This document shows, in pieces, positions 17,374 to 27,711 of a stretch of DNA of 64,000 nucleotides. The stretch spans positions 1,312,001 through 1,376,000 of the forward strand of contig CBDCFN010000016.1 of NCBI GenBank assembly GCA_965216315.1. The letters run 5' to 3'. Source of the DNA: a bacterium (GTDB lineage Bacteria > UBA10199 > 2-02-FULL-50-16 > JAJFLM01). How positions within the stretch are numbered: position 1 is the stretch's first letter; each line of letters starts with the position of its first letter. A program made the translations under genes and the position numbers. Below the pieces are notes generated by a model that did not search any database, had not been told where the DNA came from, and saw nothing but the letters and a program-made list of their open reading frames with translations.

Positions 17374-18330
17374 ATGAAAGATCACTATAAAACACTCGGC
17401 GTGGCACGGACGGCAAGCTCCGATGAGATCAAAAAAGCCTACCGTGAACTCGCCAAACAATATCATCCCGATCGTCACAAGGGCGACAAAGCCGCCGAAG
17501 AAAAATTCAAAAGCATCTCCGAGGCTTACGATGTCCTCGGCGATGCAAAAAAAAAGCAGCAATATGACCTAGGAGGTCAATGGGGACCGACGGGAGGACC
17601 CGGAGCTCCCGGTGGGGGCTACCAACAATATACCTGGAGTAGTGGAGGCGATGGCCCCGGACTCGGTGATCTTAGCGACATCTTTGAGGACCTCTTCGGG
17701 ATGGGAGGCATTGGTAAACGCCCCGGCGCGAAGCAGGGAAAACGGGCCGGCTTTGAAGGCTGGCCGGGACAGGCGCAGCAGGCCGCCGCCCGCGACCTTT
17801 ATTACACGATGAATATCGATTTTATGGAGGCGGCCAACGGAACCCAAGCCAAGATTTCAGTGACCCGCGATGGCAGGCCGGAAAAAATAAATGTGAAGAT
17901 ACCGGCCGGCGTCCATGACGGGGCCAAGATTCGCCTCGCAGGTAAAGGGGAGGGCGGCATCGTCGGGAATCCCGGTGATCTTTATATTACGTTGAAAATA
18001 AAACCCCACCCTTATTTTCGGCTTGAAGGTGAAGACGTTTATCTGGACCTACCGATTACGGTATCCGAGGCTATTCTTGGTACCGAGCTCAAAGTACCGA
18101 CGATCAAAGGTCCGGTCACTTTAAAAATCCCCCCCGGCACGTCGAGCGGAAGTAAGCTGCGACTCAAAGGTCGTGGCGTACCGCGTCAAAAGAAACGCAA
18201 CCGTGGTGACCAATATGTGGTCCCACGCATTGTTCTTCCGCCGAAAATAGGCGAAAATGATAAGCAACTTGCAAAAGGCCTGGCCGAGAAGTCCTCATAC
18301 GACCCTAGGGCTGGGATGTTTACTGAGTGA
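17374..18330 (+). CDS. DnaJ-class chaperone without zinc finger (CbpA-like)
   Basis: J domain with HPD, G/F-rich region, C-terminal domains, no CxxCxGxG repeats. Confidence 0.9.
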   Translation: MKDHYKTLGVARTASSDEIKKAYRELAKQYHPDRHKGDKAAEEKFKSISEAYDVLGDAKKKQQYDLGGQWGPTGGPGAPGGGYQQYTWSSGGDGPGLGDLSDIFEDLFGMGGIGKRPGAKQGKRAGFEGWPGQAQQAAARDLYYTMNIDFMEAANGTQAKISVTRDGRPEKINVKIPAGVHDGAKIRLAGKGEGGIVGNPGDLYITLKIKPHPYFRLEGEDVYLDLPITVSEAILGTELKVPTIKGPVTLKIPPGTSSGSKLRLKGRGVPRQKKRNRGDQYVVPRIVLPPKIGENDKQLAKGLAEKSSYDPRAGMFTE

Positions 18331-18340
18331 GGGAGAAAAA

Positions 18341-19264
18341 ATGTTGGTTATTGTTCGTAAATTTTCATTATTTATCATAGGAGTACTACTCCTTAGCTCA
18401 TGCAGTATTTCAAAGATGGCCTCGGATATTACCGCCGGCATCATGGTAGGCGGAGCTCCGATCGTGGAACAAGAATCCGATCCAGCCGTCGCGGAAGAGG
18501 CCGGCTTGGCCCTCCTCAAGACACTGGAAGTCTTTTCCTATCACAATCCGAGCAACGAAAAATATAAGACACTGCTCGCCAAGAATTACGCAACCTATGC
18601 CTTCGGTTTTCTCGAAAACAAGCTCTACAAATATGAAGACGTCAATCCGGAGCGTTACCAATCAACACTCGCACGAGCGAAGCTTTTTTATACCCGCGGC
18701 AAGAACTATGGGATGGATGTCCTCAAGAAGAGAGGGTCATTCGCCCGTGCCCTCAGCGAAGATCAAGAAAAGTTTGCCAAGGCCGTGCGCGGCTTTGGCG
18801 GCGGCAAAATGCCGGCCCTGTTCTGGACAGCCTTCGCCTGGGGTGGGCTCATCAACTGGAGCAAGGATGACCCGACAGCGATCGTATCACTCGGCAAGGT
18901 CGAGCTCATGATGGCTCGTGCGGCCGCCCTCAACAATACCTTCTATTATGGAGGCCCCCATCTCTTTTACGGCGTGTATTACGGGAGTCGACCGGAGATG
19001 CTAGGAGGCAACAAAGCCAAGTCACAAGAGCATTTTGAGAAGGCCCTCAAGATCACCCATGGACGTTTCTTCTTCACCAAGGTCCTCTATGCTCAGTTCT
19101 ATGCCGTTCAGGCGCAGGATCGAGGGCTTTTCGACCGTCTCTTACAGGAAGTCATCTCGGGCGACCCCAATGTCCTGCCTGAACAGCGATTAGGCAATAT
19201 TTTGGCCCAGGAACGGGCTCAGACTTTACTTGCGAAGGGAAATAGTTTATTTGCAGGGCAATAA
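18341..19264 (+). CDS. TRAP transporter T-component (TatT) lipoprotein
   Basis: Lipobox LLSSC; YAFGF, LFWTAF.WG, RPEMLGG, YAQFYAV motifs; directly upstream of dctPQM; start at RBS-preceded ATG 18341. Confidence 0.82.
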   Translation: MLVIVRKFSLFIIGVLLLSSCSISKMASDITAGIMVGGAPIVEQESDPAVAEEAGLALLKTLEVFSYHNPSNEKYKTLLAKNYATYAFGFLENKLYKYEDVNPERYQSTLARAKLFYTRGKNYGMDVLKKRGSFARALSEDQEKFAKAVRGFGGGKMPALFWTAFAWGGLINWSKDDPTAIVSLGKVELMMARAAALNNTFYYGGPHLFYGVYYGSRPEMLGGNKAKSQEHFEKALKITHGRFFFTKVLYAQFYAVQAQDRGLFDRLLQEVISGDPNVLPEQRLGNILAQERAQTLLAKGNSLFAGQ

Positions 19265-19341
19265 TTAGGCTTTGGGTTATTTGCGTGCGTCCCGGTGTGG
19301 GGTGCATGAGCTTGATCATATAAGTTTCAGGGAGGGTACTC

Positions 19342-20325
19342 ATGTCTACGCGTCGTCTTATTTCCGCATTCTTATTTCTATTCACCTTTGTTTTTACGAC
19401 CTCCGTCGCGCAAGCGGTTGAGCTCAAATGTGCGTCATTGGCACCACAGGGTTCCACCTATGCCAACATGTTCACGGAGTTTAAAAAAGCCATTGAGTCC
19501 GCTACGGGAGGGAAGGTCAAGATTGCCCTCTATAATGGCGGGGTCATGGGCGATGAACGTGACATGTACAAGAAACTTCAGATCGGCCAATTAGATTGTG
19601 CGGGCTTCACGGGAATGGGCCTGGGCTTTATCGATCCGGCGGTCCGCGTGATGGAGCTTCCTTTCTTATTTACCAACTACGGTCAAGTCGATCGTGCTTT
19701 CGGCGCTGTCGGTCCTCAACTGAAACAGCGACTCGCTGGTAAAGGATTTGAATTAATCGGCTGGGCGCATCCCGGTTTCGTCAAGATGTACTCCAAGGCC
19801 AAAATTTCCAGTCAAAAAGACATGAATGGAAAGAAGGTCTGGATCTGGTCTGGTGATCGCATTGCCGAAGGAATGACGAAAAGCCTGGGGCTTAACGGCG
19901 TTCCGCTGGGCCTGCCGGACGTCCTCACCTCGCTCCAAACCGGCATGATTGATACCGTTTATGCCCCTGAATTGGCGGCCATAGCCCTTCAATGGTATAC
20001 GAAAACCAAGTTCATCACCGACCTCAATCTCTCGCACTCCATGGGCGGCCTCGTAATTACGAAAAAGGGAATGAACAAAATACCCGCGGGCTTGCAGCAA
20101 GTGGTGCGCAGTAAGGGCGCGCAGATCATGCAGCGCCTGACGCAGGCCACACGCAGTGAAAATAGCAAGTCACTGCAAGCGATGCTCTCATCGGGCCTTA
20201 AAAAAGTTCCGGTCAATCCGGCAGATCTGCAAACGTTACAGCAGTCGGGTGACAAAGTGGCAGCTCAGTTGTCAGGGAGCATGTATCCCGCGGCTTTGCT
20301 CGCTAAGGTTAAGGCTGCTCGCTAG
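19342..20325 (+). CDS. dctP: TRAP substrate-binding protein DctP (TatP type)
   Basis: Signal peptide; SLAPQGS, GGVMGDE, ELPFLF, DVLTSLQTGMID. Confidence 0.9.
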   Translation: MSTRRLISAFLFLFTFVFTTSVAQAVELKCASLAPQGSTYANMFTEFKKAIESATGGKVKIALYNGGVMGDERDMYKKLQIGQLDCAGFTGMGLGFIDPAVRVMELPFLFTNYGQVDRAFGAVGPQLKQRLAGKGFELIGWAHPGFVKMYSKAKISSQKDMNGKKVWIWSGDRIAEGMTKSLGLNGVPLGLPDVLTSLQTGMIDTVYAPELAAIALQWYTKTKFITDLNLSHSMGGLVITKKGMNKIPAGLQQVVRSKGAQIMQRLTQATRSENSKSLQAMLSSGLKKVPVNPADLQTLQQSGDKVAAQLSGSMYPAALLAKVKAAR

Positions 20326-20337
20326 TTACCGAAACTC

Positions 20338-20859
20338 GTGCGATTTCTTACGGCCCTCAGTAACGGCTTAGCCCGCATTGAGGCGGTTGCCCTGGCAATC
20401 TGTCTCATCGTGATGCTGGGCGTTGCCTTCTTTCAGGTAGTCATGCGTAACGTCTATGGCCTCGGCTATGTTTGGGCCGACATCCTCGTGCGCATTCTTG
20501 TCCTTTGGGTCGGGCTTCTCGGGGCCACCGTTGCCACGCATGAAGGTCGCCATCTCACGATTGAAGTCGTCACGAAGTTTCTTCCTCCTCAAGCCACTCG
20601 TTATCTGCGGGTTTTTGTCAACTGTTTCGCCTTAACGGTCTGTCTATTTCTAACTCAAGCTGCGCTTAAGTATTTAGACTTGCAACAAATGACCGCCACG
20701 GGTCCCGGTCTGCTCGGCATGCCTGAATGGTCGACTGAAGTGATCGTTCCTGTTGCCTTTACCTTGATCTCGTTCCATTTCTTTGTCCTGATTATCTTGG
20801 GCATTGCCGATATCATCAAGCGGACGGATATGGCCGCACCACACCAGGAAGGCCTATGA
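20338..20859 (+). CDS. dctQ: TRAP small permease
   Basis: Four TM helices, QVVMRN, LWVGLLGA, RHL.IE. Confidence 0.88.
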   Translation: MRFLTALSNGLARIEAVALAICLIVMLGVAFFQVVMRNVYGLGYVWADILVRILVLWVGLLGATVATHEGRHLTIEVVTKFLPPQATRYLRVFVNCFALTVCLFLTQAALKYLDLQQMTATGPGLLGMPEWSTEVIVPVAFTLISFHFFVLIILGIADIIKRTDMAAPHQEGL

Positions 20860-22130
20860 CTGCATTGATTCTGCTTGCAGTCCTGGCCATGGCGTTTATC
20901 GGCGCTCCTTTGTTCACCATCTTTGGTGGCTCGGCGCTGATCCTGTTTGGGAAAGAGGGTGTCGACTCAATGGCGATCATCATCGAGATGACGCGATTGG
21001 TATCCGCACCGGCACTGGTCGCTATTCCCCTCTTTACCTTCGCCGGGTATATGATGGCGGAAAGTAAGGCCCCTGAACGCATGGTTCATCTGAATCAAGC
21101 GCTGTTTGGCTGGTTACCCGGAGGACTGGCGATCGTCGCGCTTATCGCCTGTTCCTTTTTTACAGCGTTTACCGGAGCGTCGGGAGTGACGATTATTGCC
21201 CTGGGCGGCTTGCTCTATCCTATCCTGAAGAAGCGCGGCTTTCCCGAAAAATTTTCCTTAGGCCTGGTCACAACAGGCGGTAGCTTAGGGCTCCTCTTTC
21301 CGCCGAGTTTGCCGCTGATTCTCTACGGCCTCATTGCCAAGGTTGAAATCGATAAACTTTTTGTCGCCGGACTGATCCCCGGATTGGTGCTGCTGGTCCT
21401 GCTTAGTATCTACAGTATCTGGACGGGAAAACATAGCGTCAAGCGGGACACGTTCAGTCTACGTAAGGTATTTAGCGCCTTAAAAGAAGCGGCTTGGGAA
21501 ATACCGCTACCATTCATCATTCTTATCGGAATTTATGGGGGCTACTTTACGGCGAGTGAAGCGGCGGCGGTGACCGCAGTCTATGTCCTCATCGTAGAAG
21601 TCTTCATCTATCGCGACCTAAAACTTTTTGGCGACATTCCGCGCATCATCAAGGAAAGCATGGTCTTGGTCGGTGGAATCGTCATCATCCTGGCCGTGGC
21701 GCTCGGTTTTACCAGTTATCTGATCGAAGCGCGCGTCCCGGACCTGATCTTTGGCTGGATCCAGCAGTATATCAAAAGCCAGTGGATGTTCCTCATCGCG
21801 CTGAATATCTTCCTCTTGATAGTCGGGTGCTTGATGGACATCTTTTCGGCCATTGTCGTCGTCGTCCCCATTATCGTCCCGATTGCGATGAAATTTGGGG
21901 TTAATCCGATCCATTTAGGCATCATATTCCTCACCAATTTAGAGATTGGCTATATGACCCCACCCGTGGGGCTCAATCTCTTCATCTCCAGCTACCGCTT
22001 CAACAAGCCCATTTTCCAGATTTACCGCGTTGCGGTTCCTTTCTTGATTATCTTGCTTATTGGGCTATTGTTGATTACGTATCTGCCTCAGCTAAGCCTC
22101 TACTTGCTAGAGTTTGCTAATTTTAAATAA
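20856..22130 (+). CDS. dctM: TRAP large permease
   Basis: AIPLF, PPSLPLILYG, TASEAAA, TPPVGLNLF. Confidence 0.92.
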   Translation: MTALILLAVLAMAFIGAPLFTIFGGSALILFGKEGVDSMAIIIEMTRLVSAPALVAIPLFTFAGYMMAESKAPERMVHLNQALFGWLPGGLAIVALIACSFFTAFTGASGVTIIALGGLLYPILKKRGFPEKFSLGLVTTGGSLGLLFPPSLPLILYGLIAKVEIDKLFVAGLIPGLVLLVLLSIYSIWTGKHSVKRDTFSLRKVFSALKEAAWEIPLPFIILIGIYGGYFTASEAAAVTAVYVLIVEVFIYRDLKLFGDIPRIIKESMVLVGGIVIILAVALGFTSYLIEARVPDLIFGWIQQYIKSQWMFLIALNIFLLIVGCLMDIFSAIVVVVPIIVPIAMKFGVNPIHLGIIFLTNLEIGYMTPPVGLNLFISSYRFNKPIFQIYRVAVPFLIILLIGLLLITYLPQLSLYLLEFANFK

Positions 22131-22154
22131 AACCGCTTTGTAGGAGTCATTATT

Positions 22155-23330
22155 ATGGAAACCGTTATCGTCAGCGCCGTCCGGACGCCGGTCGGCTCTT
22201 TTCAAGGGTCACTTGCCAGCCTCACGGCACCGCAGCTAGGGGCCATCGTCATCAAAGAAGCCATTAAGCGCGCCGGTCTCGACAAAGATCAGATCGATGA
22301 AGTCGTGATGGGCAACGTCCTCACGGCCGGTGTCGGTCAAAACCCTGCGCGTCAAGCCACCATCCTAGCCGGGCTGGCGGAAAAAACCGGCGCCATGACG
22401 ATTAATAAAGTTTGCGGCTCCGGACTCAAGGCAGTCATGCTGGCGGATCAACTCATCAGGACAGGAGACGCGGAGATCGTTGTCGCCGGCGGCCAAGAAA
22501 GCATGAGCCAGGCTCCCTATATCCTCCAAAAAGCACGAACCGGTTACCGGATGGGTGACGGGAAAATCGTCGATGCCATGATCTATGACGGCCTCCTCAA
22601 TGCCTATGACGGACGACACATGGGAAATCTCACCGAACTTTGCGCCAAAGAATATAACCTGACCCGTGAGATGCAGGACGAGTTTGCCGCCGAAAGTTAT
22701 CGGCGAGCGCAGGCCGCGGTCAAGGATGGCAAGTTTAAAGACGAAATTGTTCCGGTTGAAGTCCCGCAGCGCAAAGGAGATCCTATCGTGGTCGATACGG
22801 ATGAGGAACCGGGGCGCGGCAAAATCGAAAAACTTCCCAGCCTGAGAACGGCTTTTGAAAAAGAGGGAACGGTCACAGCAGGCAATGCCTCGTCGTTAAA
22901 TGACGGGGCCGCGGCAGTGGTCGTCATGAGTGCGGATAAAGCCAAAGAGTTGGGGTTAAAGCCGATTGCAACGATCAAGGGTCATGCCGGTGCTTCGGTG
23001 CAACCCGAATGGTTTACGATTGCGCCATCCGAGGCCGTCAAAAAGGTTTGGCAGCGTCTTGGCATCACTAAAGACGATATTGACCTGATCGAGCTCAACG
23101 AGGCCTTTGCCGCCGTGAGCCTCGCCAATAATCAGATCTTGGGCTTGAGCACCGACAACGTCAATGTCCGCGGCGGAGCCGTCGCCATTGGGCATCCGAT
23201 TGGGGCAAGTGGGGCCCGTATTCTGGTCACGCTCTTGTATGCACTCCAACAGGAAGATAAAAAGACCGGGCTCGCCAGCCTCTGCATTGGTGGCGGTGAA
23301 GGTGTCGCTATGGTCGTCGAACGAAGTTAA
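22155..23330 (+). CDS. atoB: Acetyl-CoA C-acetyltransferase (thiolase)
   Basis: [25 protein letters not shown]. Confidence 0.93.
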   Translation: METVIVSAVRTPVGSFQGSLASLTAPQLGAIVIKEAIKRAGLDKDQIDEVVMGNVLTAGVGQNPARQATILAGLAEKTGAMTINKVCGSGLKAVMLADQLIRTGDAEIVVAGGQESMSQAPYILQKARTGYRMGDGKIVDAMIYDGLLNAYDGRHMGNLTELCAKEYNLTREMQDEFAAESYRRAQAAVKDGKFKDEIVPVEVPQRKGDPIVVDTDEEPGRGKIEKLPSLRTAFEKEGTVTAGNASSLNDGAAAVVVMSADKAKELGLKPIATIKGHAGASVQPEWFTIAPSEAVKKVWQRLGITKDDIDLIELNEAFAAVSLANNQILGLSTDNVNVRGGAVAIGHPIGASGARILVTLLYALQQEDKKTGLASLCIGGGEGVAMVVERS

Positions 23331-23333
23331 TTA

Positions 23334-23371
23334 AATCCCCCCTAACCCCCCTTTACAAAAGGGGGGAGGGA
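23334..23371. repeat. Family A half-element, intergenic
   Basis: AATCCCCCCTAACCCCCCTTT-ac-AAAAGGGGGGAGGGA resembles the 3' arm of 12973-13053 and 36527-36607. Confidence 0.65.
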
Positions 23372-23389
23372 CATTTTTACGGAGGAAAT

Positions 23390-24169
23390 ATGGGTGAGTT
23401 TGTACAGATTGAAGCAAGTGATGGAACCGCGGTTGTCACCATAACCCGCGAGAAGGCACTCAACGCACTGAATGCCGGCGTACTCCAAGAACTGAAAAGC
23501 GCTTTTCAGGAACTGGATCGCGATACCAAGATCCGCTCCGTGATCATTACGGGCGCGGGCGATAAGGCCTTTGTCGCCGGTGCCGATATCGCGGCCATGC
23601 GCGAGATGAGTCCCGAAGAAGCCGGTCAGTTTGCCGCCAACGGCCACAGTACGATGGACACGATTGCGGCCTGCAGCAAGCCCGTCATTGCCGCCGTTAA
23701 CGGTTTTGCCCTCGGCGGGGGCCTCGAATTAGCTTTAAGTTGTGACTTTATCTACGCCTCGGAGAAAGCCAAATTAGGCCTTCCCGAGGTCGGCCTGGGC
23801 CTCTATCCGGGCTTCGGCGGCACACAACGTCTCGCCCGTGCCATCGGACCGGCCAAGGCCAAAGAATTGATCTTTTCCGCGCGCATGATTTCCGCGCAGC
23901 AAGGGGCAGATTGGGGCATTGTTAATAAAATCTGTTCCCCGGAGACGCTACTGGACGAGGCCAAGAAATGTGCGGCGGAGATCAACTCAAAAGGTCCGGT
24001 CGCCGTCTCCCTCTCCAAAAAGGTCATCAACGAGGGCAAAGACGAACCGATTAAGGCCGGTCTCGGTATTGAGTTAAAGCACTTCGGCGACTGCTTTAAA
24101 ACGGAAGACCTTAAAGAGGGTCTGGCTGCCTTTCTGGAAAAGAGAAAGGCTGAGTTTCAAGGAAAATAA
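23390..24169 (+). CDS. crt: Enoyl-CoA hydratase (crotonase)
   Basis: AFVAGADI, GFALGGGLELAL.CD, GLPE..LG..PG.GGTQRL. Confidence 0.88.
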   Translation: MGEFVQIEASDGTAVVTITREKALNALNAGVLQELKSAFQELDRDTKIRSVIITGAGDKAFVAGADIAAMREMSPEEAGQFAANGHSTMDTIAACSKPVIAAVNGFALGGGLELALSCDFIYASEKAKLGLPEVGLGLYPGFGGTQRLARAIGPAKAKELIFSARMISAQQGADWGIVNKICSPETLLDEAKKCAAEINSKGPVAVSLSKKVINEGKDEPIKAGLGIELKHFGDCFKTEDLKEGLAAFLEKRKAEFQGK

Positions 24170-24171
24170 TC

Positions 24172-25335
24172 ATGGAATTTAAGCTTACAGATGAACAGAA
24201 GATGATTCAGGAAATGGCCCGCGACTTCGCACAAAAAGAAGTCGCGCCCAAGGCCCATGAACTGGATATGAACAGCGAATTTCCCGCCGAACATATCAAG
24301 AAAATGGCCGAGCTCGGACTCATGGGGATGATGGTTCCAACCGACTATGACGGTTCGGGCCTGGATACCGTCACTTATACCTTGGCGCTCGAAGAAATCA
24401 GCGCCGCCTGTGCCTCCACCGGTGTCACGATGTCGGTTAACAATTCCCTCTACTGCGGACCCATCACCAAATTTGGAAATGAGGAACAAAAGAAAAAATA
24501 CTTAAGTCCCTATGCACGCGGCGAACAACTCGGCGCCTATGCTTTATCCGAACCCGGAACCGGCTCGGATGCCGCGAATCAGCAGACGACGGCGGTCTTA
24601 AAGGACGATAAATATATTCTTAATGGTCGTAAAAACTTCATTACTAATGGACCTCATGCGGATGCACTGCTTATTTATGCCATGACCGACAAGAATAAGC
24701 GTCACAAAGGTATCTCGTGCTTTATCGTCGAAAAAGAGGCTCCGGGTTTTTCCATCGGCAAGATTGAAAAGAAACTGGGGATCTGTGCCTCCTCGACCTC
24801 GGAAATCGTCCTTGAAGACTGCGAAGTGCCTAAGGAAAATATCCTCGGAGAAGAAGGCTTAGGATTTACGATCGCGATGTCGACTTTAGATAGTGGGCGT
24901 ATCGGCATCGGCACCCAGGCCGTAGGCATTGCACGCGCCGCCTTTGAGGCCGCTCGCAAGTATTCTACCGAGCGCGAGGCCTTTGGTAAGCCGATATGTA
25001 ACTTTCAATCGCTCCAGCATTTTTTGGCGGACATGGCGACACGTATTGATGCCGCCCGCTTACTCGTCCACCGCGCCTCTTGGTTACGGGATAATAATCA
25101 CAACTTTGGGAAACAGGCCGCCATGGCCAAGCTTTTTGCCTCGGAAACGGCCAATTGGGTCACCGACAAGGCCGTGCAAATGCATGGAGGTTATGGTTAC
25201 ATCAAGGAATACGACGTGGAACGTTATTATCGCGACGCGAAGATTACCGAGATCTACGAGGGCACCTCGGAGATTCAACGACTCGTTATTTCGCGGGCGG
25301 TATTGAAGGAAATCGGATTCACTAAATTTTCGTAG
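24172..25335 (+). CDS. Short/branched-chain acyl-CoA dehydrogenase
   Basis: [32 protein letters not shown]. Confidence 0.93.
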   Translation: MEFKLTDEQKMIQEMARDFAQKEVAPKAHELDMNSEFPAEHIKKMAELGLMGMMVPTDYDGSGLDTVTYTLALEEISAACASTGVTMSVNNSLYCGPITKFGNEEQKKKYLSPYARGEQLGAYALSEPGTGSDAANQQTTAVLKDDKYILNGRKNFITNGPHADALLIYAMTDKNKRHKGISCFIVEKEAPGFSIGKIEKKLGICASSTSEIVLEDCEVPKENILGEEGLGFTIAMSTLDSGRIGIGTQAVGIARAAFEAARKYSTEREAFGKPICNFQSLQHFLADMATRIDAARLLVHRASWLRDNNHNFGKQAAMAKLFASETANWVTDKAVQMHGGYGYIKEYDVERYYRDAKITEIYEGTSEIQRLVISRAVLKEIGFTKFS

Positions 25336-25339
25336 GCCA

Positions 25340-25747
25340 ATGGAACAGAAATTACGCATACTTGTCGCTAAACCCGGACTCGACGGCCATGATCGCGGGG
25401 CCAAGATCATCGCCCGCGTCTTGCGCGATGCGGGCCATGAGATCATTTACACCGGCCTCCATCAGACCCCGGAAATGATCGCGACCGCGGCGCTTCAAGA
25501 AGACGTCGATGTCGTCTGCATCTCGATCCTTTCCGGGGCGCACAACTTCCTCTTTCCTGAGGTCATTAAACTGCTTAAGGAAAAGGGCTTAGACGATGTG
25601 ACCGTTATCGGCGGCGGCGTCATCCCGGACGAGGATGTTGTCAGTCTCAAAGAGCAGGGCGTCGCTGAGATCTTTACCCCCGGTACGGATACCCGTGACG
25701 TCGTCTCCTGGATCGCTGAGCACGTCAAACCACGAAAAATTGCCTAA
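25340..25747 (+). CDS. Cobalamin-binding small subunit of an acyl-CoA mutase (McmB/IcmB-like)
   Basis: [10 protein letters not shown] (DxHxxG), SILSGAH, GGGVIP, FTPGT. Confidence 0.92.
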   Translation: MEQKLRILVAKPGLDGHDRGAKIIARVLRDAGHEIIYTGLHQTPEMIATAALQEDVDVVCISILSGAHNFLFPEVIKLLKEKGLDDVTVIGGGVIPDEDVVSLKEQGVAEIFTPGTDTRDVVSWIAEHVKPRKIA

Positions 25748-26533
25748 TTATTTCCCCTTAAACTGCGGCTCGCGCTTTTCTTTGATCGCATTAACACCTT
25801 CGCCGAGGTCCTCGGTTTGAAAGCAAACCGCTTGGCCCTTTGATTCATTGACCAAGGCGTCAGGCAAGGGAAGGGTGAGGTTAGCCTGCAGGGCCTTTTT
25901 GGTCTCGCGAACCGCAACGGGTGAATTCAGCGCTATCGTTTCCGCTAGTTGTTGAACGGCCGCAGCGGCCTGGTCGACGGAATGCACTTCGTTAACGAGC
26001 CCGAGGCGCTGGGCCTCGGCTGCGCTGATCGTTCGTGCCGTAAAGAGGAGATTGGCGGCGACCGTATAATGACTCAGCCGTCCCAGCAGCCAGGTCGCAC
26101 CCATGCCCGGCGAGAGGCCGAGACGGGTGAAATTGACGCCCATCTTGGCCTTTTCATGGGTAATGCGCAGATCACAGGCCAGAGCAACACAAAAGCCGGC
26201 ACCGATCGCATGACCATTAATATACGCGATGGTCGGAATCTCAAGATCGCGGATGCAGAGAAAAGAATTATAGAATTGCTGCATCTCCGCTTCGTTGGCC
26301 TCGGGTGTCTTCTTCATCTTGTCAAAAATCATGTCGAGATTGCCACCCGCCGAAAAGGCCCGTCCGGCACCCGTCAGGATTACGCAGCGCAGCTCGGGAT
26401 CATTTTTGACCTCTTCGATAACTTTGGGGAATTCCTCCGCCAACTCGAGCGTCATCGCATTCAGACGATCCGGATCGTTAAAAATGATCCTGCCGATGTA
26501 CCCGTCTTTTTCCAGTAGAACTGTCTTTGCCAT
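25748..26533 (-). CDS. Enoyl-CoA hydratase/isomerase family protein
   Basis: AFSAGGNL, GHAIGAG, F.RLGLSPGMG; RBS before ATG 26533. Confidence 0.88.
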   Translation of the reverse strand: MAKTVLLEKDGYIGRIIFNDPDRLNAMTLELAEEFPKVIEEVKNDPELRCVILTGAGRAFSAGGNLDMIFDKMKKTPEANEAEMQQFYNSFLCIRDLEIPTIAYINGHAIGAGFCVALACDLRITHEKAKMGVNFTRLGLSPGMGATWLLGRLSHYTVAANLLFTARTISAAEAQRLGLVNEVHSVDQAAAAVQQLAETIALNSPVAVRETKKALQANLTLPLPDALVNESKGQAVCFQTEDLGEGVNAIKEKREPQFKGK

Positions 26534-26617
26534 CTGCCTTCCTTTCGAAATGAGAGCGCACATTAACGTCGGAACAAAGGTGCGGCAAGCGGAATTTTTA
26601 TATCTCCTGCTTAGAGC

Positions 26618-27625
26618 TTAGGGAGTATTCAAATTCGTCAGCGGCAATTCCGCTTCCGGACTCCGCCGCACAACTCGGGCATAGAGACGGGCGCCAATAT
26701 CCTGCAAGTCATAGCTGAGCTCACCCCGTAACTCTTGCTGAACTTCGGGACGTTCCTTGATCCAGAGTCCGGCGACGGCCGTGAGACTGAACAGGGTATC
26801 GACATCTCGAATCAATCCTTTATCCAGATAGGTAACGATTGCGTCCTGATTGACAGAAAAGTAACGACTCCAAAAATCATAGTAATGAAAACGTGCGCGC
26901 GGATCGGAACTCCGAATCACGCGACGGGCATAATCGCGAACCGCAGAAGGGTAGCCTTTGTTACTCTCATTGCGACTTAATATGGACCAACCACGTTGCT
27001 CGGCTAATTCCTGCATCTTACGTTTGGGTTGAATGACATGCACCTGTTGCCACTGAATTTTTTCTAACATGTGTCGGTCGGCATAGGAATCCGTGTAGAC
27101 AGTGTGGGGACTCAGGTCTTCGGACTCGAAAAGTTCATTGAGAATGCCCGGTTTCTTGTATGCCGTTACTGGTACCGGATAGATCGTATCATTGATGAAG
27201 AGGTGGTCAGGATGAAGTGTTCCTAAGAACGGTTTGGCCGCTACCTCAAAAGCTCCAGTAATCAGCACCATGCGCTGTAAGTTGGCTCGGTGCCAGGCCC
27301 AGGCCTCCGCTGTTCGCGTAAATATCCGCTCGTGCCACGTCAACTGCGCGAACGCGGCAAAAATATCATTGTAACGGGGATGGGTCGTATCGTCGCGTAA
27401 GCGCTCAAGATAGGGACGGTCCAGCTTAATACCCCCTTGAGCAATACGAGCCAAATTAAAGGGCCCACGTACCAACTCCCGAGGATGGTTCGGATAAAGC
27501 CACTGCAGAAAGCCCCAACCCGTATTGGGCACCAGGGTGTCATCGAAATCAAAGGCCGCCACACTCCGGTTTAAAATGGGAAACTGGGCCGCCAATGTGG
27601 ATAGAGGAGAAACCAGCGTGACCAT
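26618..27625 (-). CDS. HAD-superfamily (IB-like) hydrolase with C-terminal extension
   Basis: AFDFDDTL motif I, LITGA motif II, K, YTDSYAD motif IV. Confidence 0.75.
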   Translation of the reverse strand: MVTLVSPLSTLAAQFPILNRSVAAFDFDDTLVPNTGWGFLQWLYPNHPRELVRGPFNLARIAQGGIKLDRPYLERLRDDTTHPRYNDIFAAFAQLTWHERIFTRTAEAWAWHRANLQRMVLITGAFEVAAKPFLGTLHPDHLFINDTIYPVPVTAYKKPGILNELFESEDLSPHTVYTDSYADRHMLEKIQWQQVHVIQPKRKMQELAEQRGWSILSRNESNKGYPSAVRDYARRVIRSSDPRARFHYYDFWSRYFSVNQDAIVTYLDKGLIRDVDTLFSLTAVAGLWIKERPEVQQELRGELSYDLQDIGARLYARVVRRSPEAELPLTNLNTP

Positions 27626-27633
27626 AGACCGTG

Positions 27634-27658
27634 CATCGGCCCATCACGCTAAAAGTTG
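27634..27658 (-). promoter_or_regulatory. Candidate alternative-sigma promoter CAACT-N13-GCCGATG, probably leaderless
   Basis: Matches 6216-6240; ATG of the HAD gene is 8 nt downstream and has no SD. Confidence 0.45.
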
Positions 27659-27663
27659 TTTCC

Positions 27664-27692
27664 TTGCGCTTTCCACCCTAAGTCGCTATAAA
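27664..27692 (+). promoter_or_regulatory. Candidate sigma-70 promoter of the liu operon
   Basis: TTGCGC-N17-TATAAA upstream of ATG 27712. Confidence 0.45.
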
Positions 27693-27711
27693 TACCGGAC
27701 TTTTCGCACTT

